Assembly: GCA_964019335.1 (NCBI GenBank)
Contig: OZ025657.1
Location: 310,001-374,000 of the forward strand
Source: Diplonema japonicum
Taxonomy: Eukaryota > Protista > Euglenozoa: Diplonemea
Direction: 5' to 3'
DNA length: 64,000 nt
The position numbers were made by a program, and so were the translations under genes. Each line of letters opens with the position of its first letter. The first letter of the stretch is position 1. Under the pieces are notes generated by a model, which worked only from the letters and a program-made list of their open reading frames with translations, was not told where the DNA came from and did no database searches. Below are positions 50,294-60,300 of the stretch, piece after piece.

Positions 50294-51487
50294 TTAAGCC
50301 AGCAAATACTCAATCAACCTCCCTACGACACGTATCGATAAGCTGTTCCCGAGCAACCTGTAGTGCTGAATGTCTTGTAGATCCCCTGTAAGTTTGAACC
50401 CGGAAGGGTACCCCATCAGTGTAGCCACCTCCCTCGGTGTGAAGTACCGCATTTTATACTTCGAGAAGTCGATTTTTTCACCTTCGCGGAAGGCCCGTCT
50501 TTCGGAAAGGTAGTCCTCCTCCGTGCCGGTTTGGATCAGAACGGACCCGGAACCTTTAGAACGTTTTGCGTAGGCTTTTGTAAAACATCCGCTTCGTGTC
50601 GAGGAAGGGGTTACAATGTCCACATGCTCCAAACCTTTCATAAGCTGTTCTTCTGGGAGGAGTGTGCCCTCGGCGACCGCGTCGGTGTCCAGGTTTAAAA
50701 AATCTCGTAAAACGGGTATTTTGCATTCTTCCTGTGTCGTTACACCGCTTTTGACAAGCAGATCAGCCGCATCGGCAGAGTCCGTCAGGATCCCACCGTT
50801 CAATGATTCTTCTTTGAATTTCAAAGGGGCTTTCTTTGCGAGGATGTACATTCTCGGGCGGCTGTTCGGAACTCCAAGCGACATTGCGTTTAAGCACAAG
50901 CACTGATATGTGTACCCACAGCCCGACAGTGTGCTGGACAGCTCCTTGAAGGTCTCAGACCGTTCAAATCCCAACACGTTCTCAACCAAGATGTAACGAG
51001 GCTGGTTGTGAAGCGTTGGGAGCAGGTCGAGCATGGTCAGGAAGGACACCGCACGGGGGTCCTCAGAACCCTTCCGCGAGCCTTGTCTTGTGTATGGTTG
51101 ACATGGTGGGGCCAACAGCCACATCTCCGCATCTAAGTGATCGAGTTCGGCAGCTGTGAGGCGGTTCAGATCTGTGCTGAACACGCTGGTGTCTGGGAAA
51201 TTGTCTTTGTAAACAACATTTGCATTTTCGTTGACATCCCAAGCGGCCACGACTTTGCATTGTTTTCTCTTTGCGATCTTGCTGGTTTCGAGAGCAACGT
51301 GCATCCCGCCGATGCCCGAGTAAAACTCCACGACGCGCATCCCGTTTCCTTGCACCTTCCCCATGCCTTCCTTCGGACGGTGGCTTCTACACCTTTTCTG
51401 TCTGCACAATTCTTCCACGCTCACACACCCGCATTTTCCACACATCCACTCGTCTTTGTGCCATTCCCTTTTTCTTTTTTCCGTCAT
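50294..51487 (-). CDS. TRDMT1: tRNA (cytosine-38-C5) methyltransferase DNMT2/TRDMT1 with an N-terminal zinc-finger-like motif
   Basis: EFYSGIGG (motif I), PPCQPYTRQG (IV), ENV (VI), NSRPR (VIII), the DNMT2-specific CFTKAY, RYFTPREVA and LLGNSL. Confidence 0.9.
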   Translation of the reverse strand: MTEKRKREWHKDEWMCGKCGCVSVEELCRQKRCRSHRPKEGMGKVQGNGMRVVEFYSGIGGMHVALETSKIAKRKQCKVVAAWDVNENANVVYKDNFPDTSVFSTDLNRLTAAELDHLDAEMWLLAPPCQPYTRQGSRKGSEDPRAVSFLTMLDLLPTLHNQPRYILVENVLGFERSETFKELSSTLSGCGYTYQCLCLNAMSLGVPNSRPRMYILAKKAPLKFKEESLNGGILTDSADAADLLVKSGVTTQEECKIPVLRDFLNLDTDAVAEGTLLPEEQLMKGLEHVDIVTPSSTRSGCFTKAYAKRSKGSGSVLIQTGTEEDYLSERRAFREGEKIDFSKYKMRYFTPREVATLMGYPSGFKLTGDLQDIQHYRLLGNSLSIRVVGRLIEYLLA

Positions 51488-52087
51488 TTTCTTTTCCTGT
51501 TTTATAGCGATGTGAGAAAAAGGGGATTAAAAAGTATTTAAAAAAAAAGAGGGAGAACAAAAAAAAAGGGTCCGACCACTGTGCAACCTTGTGTCGCGAT
51601 TGGGTCGGAGAATAAGTCCGAATCGAAGAGGGAGAAGAAAAAGAAAACCAGGCATTTTAAGATTCGCGTCTTCGCGCTCACCAGCTGGTCCTCAGGTTTC
51701 AAATAAGAAAAATAAAAAAAACGATGAGGATAACTGAAGAGAGAGGGGAAATAGATATTTTTTTTTTTTTTTTTTTAAATTCCACTTCCTTTTCGACTTG
51801 CTAAGGCTGTACCCACTAGGTGGGTTGGAAGTGTCTCGAGACGCTCACCCGGTTGCCCGAGTACTCATGACCGTACTGGTGTTCTCTAATGAGATAGTGA
51901 CAGATCCGAAGCCCGCAAATTAAGTGTTGCATGCAGGTTAAAAGTGGAAAGATGAAATGAATTTTATTCTGTTTTTCGTAACATAACATGTAAAAGTACG
52001 CGACACACTTTTTTTTTCTCCCTCCATTCAGACAAAGGGATGCAAGCATGTGTATGTTGTATAAGGATACCCCTAAGGCCCGTGGCC

Positions 52088-54118
52088 TCATTGGGAGTCA
52101 GAGTAGGAGAAGGAACCTGTGTTCCTGCGGCCCTGCACCACGGGGAGCACGGGGGACGAGGTGATCCCGCACTGGTTGGTGCCCCTCTCCAGTCTGATGT
52201 AGCCGTCCTCGCCCCACGACGGGCCCCACGAGTTCTTGATGAGCCAGTACTTGGTCCCCTGGTCCTCGCCGTAGCCCACGATGAGGACTGCGTGGTCAGG
52301 CTGGTGGTTGCAGCACCCTGTCATGACACCGCCAGTGTACGGCCACCACAGCTGCGTCATCGCGTCCAGAGCGATCGACACGGGGCCGTACTTCGCAACC
52401 GCAGCCGCCATCGCCTCCTCCGTCTGGTTCACGTTCATGTAGCCGGTCACCTTGATGTCCGCCATCGAGTGGCCACCGCTGCACGCAGGTGCGTTCCCGT
52501 TCCCAGACACGTACGGGTACGAGGCCTCCGTCGCGTCCCCGTTCTGCTTCACGTACTCCATCGCGAGGTACGGCCACCCGCCGCCGCAGCCCTCGTTCCC
52601 GTCGCGGTTGTCACAGCTCACGAGCTCCTGCTCCGACAGCGAGGTCAGCGACCTCCCTGCGATGGCCCACGCGCTCTCCATCGCACCCGTCGCGCTGAAG
52701 CTCCAGCATGACCCGCACTGGCCTTGGCTCTTCACAGGGGTCACTACTCCCTTCGTCCTCCAGTCCACCGACACAGGCGCCTCCCTCACGTCCTGCTCTG
52801 TGATCACGTACCCAGCAGGCGTCTCCGCCCCAGCCTTGTCCGCCACCCCCGTCTTCGAGCAGTCCCTCAGGTGGGTTTCGAACTCTGCCTTCGACCAGTC
52901 AGCGAGGCTGTTGGGGAAGGTCCTCTCCAAGCTGTTCCCGCGCTTGTGGAAAACACTTAGGTGCCTCCTGAAGTTCTGGAACCGCTGCTCCTCCTCAGCC
53001 TCGGATGCGTAGGCCTTCCCGTGCTGCTTCTTCCACGCGGCGAAGGCGGCCTGCTGCTTCTCCAGCGACACCGTCGCGTCGACAGGCTCCTCGATGGGGG
53101 CCGCCCTCTTCGTCTTCTCCTTCGCCGCGTCAGAAGCGAACAGGGTCCCGTTCGTCGTCATCGCTGTGCTCACAGAGAAGGCAGCTGCCCCCCACTCCAT
53201 CTGGCACTGCAGCTCTTGCCCAGCGGGGAGGATGAAGTAGCAGCCGCCACGGTTCCCCTGGTCGTTCGTGTTCGACCCCCACGCGCACACGTTCGCCCCG
53301 CCGAAGTAGCAGTGGTACGAGTTGTAGTTGTTGTCGACGCTGGACGAGGTCACTGTCACCACGAGGTCCTTGTCCGCGTGGGGGTTCGTGTACGTGCAGT
53401 CGCACAGGTTGGGCTTCGAGTAGGTCACGTTCGGGCATGTGAAGTGCGTGTCCGTCTGCGCCGTCGCCGATAGGTACCTCCGCGTCATCAGGGCCCCCGC
53501 AGAAGTGAGCATGCGGAACGACCCCTGGTCCACCTTGCACCTCACTGTCGCCCCTGCGGGGAGGAAGTAGTTGCATGAGTAGCCGCCCACGGAGGACCCC
53601 ACCGTGTATGCGCACACCTCCACGTTGTTGTAGCTGCACGACATGCTGTTTGTCCCCGACCCTGCCGCCTCGAAGGACTGCGCCACCCACATATCCGCCT
53701 TCTTGCTGTTTGTGAAGGAGCACGATGCCCCCGTGCACGGAACCTCCGTCACCGTCCTCGACACCGACGACCCCACCATCGCCGCAGCGTGCGCCCCGAT
53801 GAAGTTCATCGTCCCCTCCACAGTGCAGTCGAAGCTTCCCCCAGCAGGCAGAACGAAGTAGCAGTCCCCCGCACTCCCGCTGTCGCTTGCCGACCACTTC
53901 CTGCTGCAGTACACCATCTTCCCGTCACCGCAGCTGAAACCCCCTTCAGACTCACCCGAGGCAAGCTCCACTTGGAAGAACAGGGACACCGCCTCGTCCA
54001 CTTCCCGGTTATTCCGGTGGCTGCAACTGCTCCCCTTCCCAGGACAGTCGATCGACTTGAAGTCAGCACCCCCGTACACCCCCGCAGCGAGCGCGCTTAG
54101 GATGAGAGCGATCTTCAT
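52088..54118 (-). CDS. Secreted papain-family (C1A, cathepsin L-like) cysteine protease with an I29 prodomain and three N-terminal Cys-rich repeats
   Basis: Signal peptide; FAAWKKQHGKAY...EEEQRFQNF prodomain; QGQCGSCWSFS, HAVLIVGYG and YWLIKNSWG catalytic motifs. Confidence 0.93.
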   Translation of the reverse strand: MKIALILSALAAGVYGGADFKSIDCPGKGSSCSHRNNREVDEAVSLFFQVELASGESEGGFSCGDGKMVYCSRKWSASDSGSAGDCYFVLPAGGSFDCTVEGTMNFIGAHAAAMVGSSVSRTVTEVPCTGASCSFTNSKKADMWVAQSFEAAGSGTNSMSCSYNNVEVCAYTVGSSVGGYSCNYFLPAGATVRCKVDQGSFRMLTSAGALMTRRYLSATAQTDTHFTCPNVTYSKPNLCDCTYTNPHADKDLVVTVTSSSVDNNYNSYHCYFGGANVCAWGSNTNDQGNRGGCYFILPAGQELQCQMEWGAAAFSVSTAMTTNGTLFASDAAKEKTKRAAPIEEPVDATVSLEKQQAAFAAWKKQHGKAYASEAEEEQRFQNFRRHLSVFHKRGNSLERTFPNSLADWSKAEFETHLRDCSKTGVADKAGAETPAGYVITEQDVREAPVSVDWRTKGVVTPVKSQGQCGSCWSFSATGAMESAWAIAGRSLTSLSEQELVSCDNRDGNEGCGGGWPYLAMEYVKQNGDATEASYPYVSGNGNAPACSGGHSMADIKVTGYMNVNQTEEAMAAAVAKYGPVSIALDAMTQLWWPYTGGVMTGCCNHQPDHAVLIVGYGEDQGTKYWLIKNSWGPSWGEDGYIRLERGTNQCGITSSPVLPVVQGRRNTGSFSYSDSQ

Positions 54119-54235
54119 GGTATTTCTTTGTAGTGTTTACGGTAAAGTTCCTGTGATGCTGTGAGCAACAGAGAGCATGGTCTCCACAAGAAGAAAACAA
54201 AAAAAAAGAAAAGCGGAGAAAGAGCGGAAGCTCTC

Positions 54236-56416
54236 TCACACGGCTGATTCACTGCAACGAAAAGTTAGAACCCGGAATGGTTCGTCTGATGCCGGAGCAG
54301 AGACAGAAGCAGCACAGAGTTTGTTGAGAAAGGAGGCTTTCACATGTGGGAATGTGGGATCGGTGCTGAGCGCCCTGCATATGTGCAGCGTGCGTATCCG
54401 AGTGGTGCGGATGATAGGTATCCCGGAGAGCGCGGCTACCTTCTTGTCTTGCAGAAGTCTTGTAAACACGTTAAAAGAAGAAGCAGAAACGGCCAAGAGT
54501 GTCATGGGTTTTTGGCTTTCGCAAGGTAAGGGCACCACAGTGGTGTGGATCTCGACATCGAGCAACCCAAGACCCACAGTCAGCGCCTTGTTGATGTAGT
54601 GAAGACACAAATGGACCTCCCCCGGAGTTGCAGCAAGTAATACGGCATCTGTAGCCGACACTACATCACTGGTGAAGTCTGCAGGGATCTTCTCCCTAAA
54701 GGCGTCCAACCCTTCGTCGTTGCAGTACACAACGACGGTGAAAGAGTCGCTGATGGTGTCCATGAAAAGCATTCCCGAACCCTCATTCGAGCACAGCTGC
54801 CTTCCTGGTATCAAGAACTGCCTGCCCCATGGGTCGCGGGATTTTGTAAACGGGCTACCGTTGAGGCGTACGTCTCTCGCGCATGATGTGTCAAAGATAG
54901 CTTTCAGCACTCGCCATGTCATGTTAGCACCGCTCAGAAGGGTAAACGTACCCAACACCTTCTTGCAGGAGACGAGCGGCTTCAGCGATGTGTCGACCAC
55001 CACCGCCACTGCATCGTAGCGCCTCCTAGCTTCGGTCAGCACTTTTTCCAAGTCAGCTGTGCTGGGGTGCGACATGAACAGGCACACCTTGGCTCCGTCA
55101 CCCAAGTCCGGCAGGACTACCCCCTCCACTACGACGCCTTGCAGCTGTTCAACGACAATATTCTGGAGGAGCTCTGTTGCAGGCGGCACTAGACCTTTGT
55201 GCTTAACAACTAAAAAGTGTTCTGCACCCACAGGCCGCATGATCACTTCGTGCAGCCCCACAAGCGCGGCAACCAGCGCTCCAGCCAAAGCAGGGTGCGT
55301 GCATTCTACCTTGACATCTAGTTCGGGCGATAGTGGAAGGACGGGTTCAGGGAGGCATGTTAGATGAGGCGTGACTGCGGTGGTGGGTGTTGAGGCAGGA
55401 GTATTGGGCATGTTGTCCGGTCTGGGGAAGTGCCGCGAAGCTTTTGGGCCTGAGTTGGGGGCAATGATTCTTATTAAGAAAGACGGCCCTGCCCACGTTA
55501 GGGGTTTTGTGGCAGTGTATGTCCCACCGACGTTGCGCGCCTCAACAGGAGGGTCGGAGATGCAAAAGGCGGTGGCGGGGAGGGGAAGAGACACGTCGTT
55601 GTCAAGGCGCACGAGGGCATGGACGGGACCGGTCAGCCAGACGATGCCGTGGTCCCCCTCGTTGCAGAATGGTGTCGTGTAGAGGCACACAACACGCGCC
55701 CCTGTGCGTAGGAAGCGGCTCCCATCTCCAAACAGTCCACACAACCCCGCCTCAGGGTCGTCCCTCACCAGTACAGAAGGCGGGGCGTAGCGGCGTTCCT
55801 TGTGCTTCATCCCTGTCAAGCCTAGCTCGAGAGATGCGAGCGTGTTGTCGAGCTTCTTGATAGCTTTCGCCTTCGCTCGCAGTTCCTTTTCGCGCTTCTT
55901 CCCTCGTTTCCTTCCCAGATCGGCAAGCTTGCCTGTGTTTTCCTCTGATGGCTGCGACCAATTCTCGTCAGAGTCACGACCGGAATCGCTCGCAAAACCA
56001 GGGCTCACAGGGCGTGGGGGCCTGCTCACTTTCTTCTTCTGACAGCGTCTCGGTTTCTTCCGAATGGCATCGAGGCACGCCAGTTGGTATTCCCTAGAGT
56101 CCTCATGGGGGTATATGTCAAAGAACTGCCCGCAGAAACGACAGATTTGCTTCTTGTCGTAGTAAGATGAAAGGTTGACCTTTTGCTTCAGAGAGGCTTT
56201 AGACAGAACGCCCCATTTAACACGCAAGCCAAGCACAGTTCGATTTGAAGTTGCGTAGGGGAGCTTCGCGGTCGGGAAGACCTGTTCGCAGAGGGAGCAC
56301 GCTGTTGAGAAATCAAGCCCCTGCCTGACCCGTTGGCATGCACCATCGTCCACAGCTTCATTGTTAACAGTATTCGGCTGGACAACTTTCTCGAGTATGC
56401 TAAAGGATCTAACCAT
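54236..56416 (-). CDS. Hypothetical protein with an N-terminal CxxC...CxxC motif
   Basis: Long ORF; likely ATG at 56416 (MVRSFSILEK); CSLCEQVF...ICRFCGQFF. Confidence 0.7.
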   Translation of the reverse strand: MVRSFSILEKVVQPNTVNNEAVDDGACQRVRQGLDFSTACSLCEQVFPTAKLPYATSNRTVLGLRVKWGVLSKASLKQKVNLSSYYDKKQICRFCGQFFDIYPHEDSREYQLACLDAIRKKPRRCQKKKVSRPPRPVSPGFASDSGRDSDENWSQPSEENTGKLADLGRKRGKKREKELRAKAKAIKKLDNTLASLELGLTGMKHKERRYAPPSVLVRDDPEAGLCGLFGDGSRFLRTGARVVCLYTTPFCNEGDHGIVWLTGPVHALVRLDNDVSLPLPATAFCISDPPVEARNVGGTYTATKPLTWAGPSFLIRIIAPNSGPKASRHFPRPDNMPNTPASTPTTAVTPHLTCLPEPVLPLSPELDVKVECTHPALAGALVAALVGLHEVIMRPVGAEHFLVVKHKGLVPPATELLQNIVVEQLQGVVVEGVVLPDLGDGAKVCLFMSHPSTADLEKVLTEARRRYDAVAVVVDTSLKPLVSCKKVLGTFTLLSGANMTWRVLKAIFDTSCARDVRLNGSPFTKSRDPWGRQFLIPGRQLCSNEGSGMLFMDTISDSFTVVVYCNDEGLDAFREKIPADFTSDVVSATDAVLLAATPGEVHLCLHYINKALTVGLGLLDVEIHTTVVPLPCESQKPMTLLAVSASSFNVFTRLLQDKKVAALSGIPIIRTTRIRTLHICRALSTDPTFPHVKASFLNKLCAASVSAPASDEPFRVLTFRCSESAV

Positions 56417-57399
56417 TGCACCTGAAAAAATTAACCGTAGTATTTCTTTTTTTCTTTTTTTTATGAAAAAATAAAAATTCAAATTCGCGGCACGTGGGGG
56501 GAGGGGGTTTAAACAGGGCGGGATAATATGGAAAAAAAAGCGGGGGGGGGGAGGGTCAGAGGACATCGATACCTGAATTGGTGGGCAGGGGTGTGAGCAT
56601 GGGCATCTCTTCTTTTTCTTCTTCTTTTTTTAAAAATTTCTTTGAATTATTTTTTTAAACTATTGCACCAGAGGGCGGGGGGGGGGGGGGGGGGGGAAGA
56701 AGGGAAGAGAAAGAGAGGCTAAAGTGAGATAGAGAGATGGAACGTGAAAAGCTGGGAGCAGGCGGGGGAGGAACTGATTTTCTTTGGAAGGGTTTTTTAG
56801 CGAAGTCGGAATAATATTTTTTTTTAAAAAAAAAAGAATTAACCAGTGGCAATCCATGAGGACATGAGTGTGTCCTTAAGAGAGAAAAATATTAAACCCT
56901 TGAAGGGTTAAGGGTTTTTGCGCTTTTTTTTTTTTTTTTTTTTTTTTTTTTCCCCTCCTTCTTTTCCCACCTTCCATTTTGTTTTCCCCATTTGAAGCGT
57001 AAAGGGTGAAAGAAGTTACAAAAAAGTAATCAACACATATGCAGAAAACAAGGCCTGCATTTGTTTTCCCTCCTCCCCATCCTCCTCCACTGCACACAAA
57101 AAAAAAGAGAAAAAAATGACATGGGGGAAAAAAAAAATACTACAGATTTCTCGCTTTTTTTTTTTTTTTTTCTTCATCCTTCTTCCCTTGTAATTTCTTT
57201 TTTTTCTTGGAGGGAAAAGAAGGATAGGGTTACCCTTGATAACTACTTTTTTTTTCCACCTGATACGTTTCATCTTGGGGGGAGGGGGAGTAAAAAAAAA
57301 AAGGGTTTAAGGAGGGAACTAACTAATGATTTCTCTTTTCTCTCTTTCTCTCTCCAAAGAACCATTAAAGGTCATGGCTGCCGCGATAATTTAAAATTT

Positions 57400-60300
57400 C
57401 TAAGAATGAAAATCTAAGTCCTGGTGGCCGGTTGGGGACAGAAGTCTCGACGTATCCATGTTGTCAAGAGAATCATCTAAGGGAAGTTTTGGCGCAGGGT
57501 CAATCTCAACAGAGTGGGGTGCATGCCCGCGTGCCTCTTCGGCAAAAACCAATTTCTCCTTGAACAGTTTTTTCTCTTCCGTAAGGAGCCGCTTTTCCTC
57601 TTTTAGAGTTGCGTATTTTTCTTCCAGTTCATGCAGAGTAGCTTCGCACCGTTCTAGCTCTGCTTCCATCTCGGCAGACTTGTCACTGCACACCGCCAGC
57701 TCTTCTGCTGCACTGTTAGCCAGCATGCTGATGTCTTTAATCTTAGCCAGTGCTTCTGCCTTTTCCCTCACTGTTGTTTCGAGGATATCACTGTGTTCTT
57801 CCTCCTTCTTCCCTTTCTCTTCTCGCAGCGCATCTATCTCTTCCTCCATCAGAGCTTCGATGTTGTCGTGTTCCGCTAGTTGTTCTGTCAGTTCTGCCAG
57901 CTCTTCCTCCAGCTCTCGTGTCCTCCTTGTCGCCTTCGCCAGGGCTGCCTCGTGGTGGTTCACACGGTCGTCAGCCGTCAGCAACGCTTCCGACTTCACG
58001 TTCAGCTCGTCCACCACTTCCGCCAGCTTCGTCTTCCCCGCCGCTACAGTTTCCTGCAGTTCTTTGCACCTCTTCTCCATCACTTCCGTCGATGCTTCTA
58101 TAGCACCTCTTTGCGTTTTCAGCGCGTACAGTTCTTCCTCTAGTTCCGTCCTTTCATCTGTTGTCTGGCTGAGCCTTCCGTCCAGCAATGCAATCCTCTC
58201 TGCTTTTTCTGAGTTGTCCAGCTTTGCCTTGTTCACTACCTCCTCCAAAGCATCATTCGCCTCAGTGAGGTCGCGCATCTGCTGTTCCATCTCGCTTGCA
58301 CGCTCGGACGTGTTGTGCAGGGTAGTCTCTATCTTCTCTGCTAGGTGCATCGTCTCCGACGTTGCTTCCTTCAGCTGCGTTGAGAGGCTCAGCTCCACCT
58401 CCGCTGCTTCTTTCAAGTCTTGTTTTGCGCTGTCCAGCATCAATTTCGTGCTGGCAAGTTGTAGTGATAGTCCTTCCACGTCGCTTTGCAAGGCCTCCCT
58501 CTCTTCAGTGCGTTCCGCGTGCATCTTTATGTTGTTCTCATGAGCCTCTTCAAGCTTCCTTTCCAAGCTGACGCGTTCATTTGTTTGACTTAGCTTCGCA
58601 CTACCGAAATCTTCTTGCAATGAATTGTGCATGGCACTCAGTTTGCTGAACTCGGCTTCCTTGGACCTCAGCGCTGCAGTCAGTGACTCAGTCTCCTCTC
58701 TACTACTCTGGAGCTCTTTTTCCTTCTTCCTCGCTGACACCTCATAGCTGTTTACTGAATTCTCCAGCTGGTGCTTTGTGGCTGATGACTCCCTGGAAAG
58801 GTCTTCGTGTGCTTTCTGCCATTTCTTCAGTCTACCTTCTGTAGCTTCGTTCTCTTCCCGTAGTTGCTTTAATGCCCGCAAGTGGTCGGCGGCCTGCTCT
58901 TCTGCGGAGTGAGCTCTCTTCTCAAGCCCCGTCGCGTTGGCATGGAGTCCTACAAGGTCTGCTTTGGCTTTCTTATACTTTGCTTCTTCTTCCACGAATT
59001 TCCCTTCAAAGTACGACCCCTTCGCCAGTGCGCTGCTGAGCTCTTCCTCGAGTTTTGCAGCAAGCGAGCTGTGCTGTGTGTGCATGGCGTCGAGCACGCT
59101 GTTCTGTGTCTCCTTCAGCACACTGACCGTCTTTGCTGCTTGAGAAGTGGCAGCAAAAATGCGCAACTTCCTCAAGTAGCCTCCCATTAGGTCGTGAGCA
59201 ACCAAGTTTCGCAGACCAGTGCTGTTGGACAGGAGCTTTTTGAGCTTGAGCTTTTTCGTCCGGTTGGAAGTAAAGGCAGCATACACCCGCGACATGAAAA
59301 CACGTGTGTTCTTCTCTTCGATCTGGAAGCACCGCTTAGCAAGCGCGGTTCGCTTTATGCTGTGCTTGCGGTGCGCAACAAGCTTGAGGAATGTCGCTCT
59401 CATGAGTTGAGTGGAGAGTGCACGTTGGATGGCGGCTGAAATCTGCTCTCTGAAGGCTGTCTTCGTTAACTTGTCACACATCTCTTGTTCCAGCTTCTCT
59501 TCTTCAACACTTCGCTCAAACTCCAAGAGCCTGAACTCATGCATGTTTTGCTGCCGGTGGCCTTGGAGCTTCTTGTAGTAGATGAAGAGTAAGTTTCGCT
59601 CCCGCATCTGGAGCAGCGTGAGCACAGCACGGCCGGAGGTGTAGCTGGAACTCTCCCTCATGATCTTCTGCGTTATACTACTTTGCTTAAGTAGTACAAG
59701 CTGCACCCAGCACCTGTGCAGTATACGTGTCTCGTTTAGGTGCAGAAGATGCATGCTGATAGCTGCGTTGCTGTTCCGCTTCAAAAGCGCCATCTTCGAC
59801 TGAAGAGCCTCTTCCGCCACATCGGACGTGTACTTTTGGTTGGTCAGAGCCGTCGTGGTATCTTGTAGCTTCTGAGAAAGTTCTTGGTTCTGGCTGTGAA
59901 GGTTTTGGGTGCTGTGCTGGAGGGATTCTGTCTCAGCATTAAGTTTCGAGTACTTATCCTTCAGCTCTTCGTGCGCTGCAGCACCTTCCTCCAAGCTGGC
60001 GATGTTGTTCTGCAGCTCCAGTATTCTAACGGCAGTCACCATCTCATTCTTCGACGTCTCCTTCTTCTTCTCAAGCAGCTCACTATTGTCCCCATGCAAG
60101 ATAGAGTTCTCCTCTTGGAGTGCTTGGATGGTGCCCCGCAAGTCTCGCTCTGTTACCTTTTTCTTTTTGTTGATCTTTTCCAGTTTGGCGATGTCCCTCT
60201 TGAGTTCTTGTGCCACCTGTTCCTTGTCTTCTAACTCGCTTCGAAGGTCCGAATTAAGCAGAGCCAGCTTTCTGCCCTCGGCCACGTGTCCATTCATTTT

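Noticed and set aside
52072-52083. cctaaggcccgt match to the 22-bp repeat unit just after the protease stop
   Set aside because: Only 12 bp with no flanking similarity; could be chance.
57458-58543. Long + strand ORFs such as this one, 2236-2949 and 44550-45293
   Set aside because: Antisense shadows of well-supported minus-strand genes.
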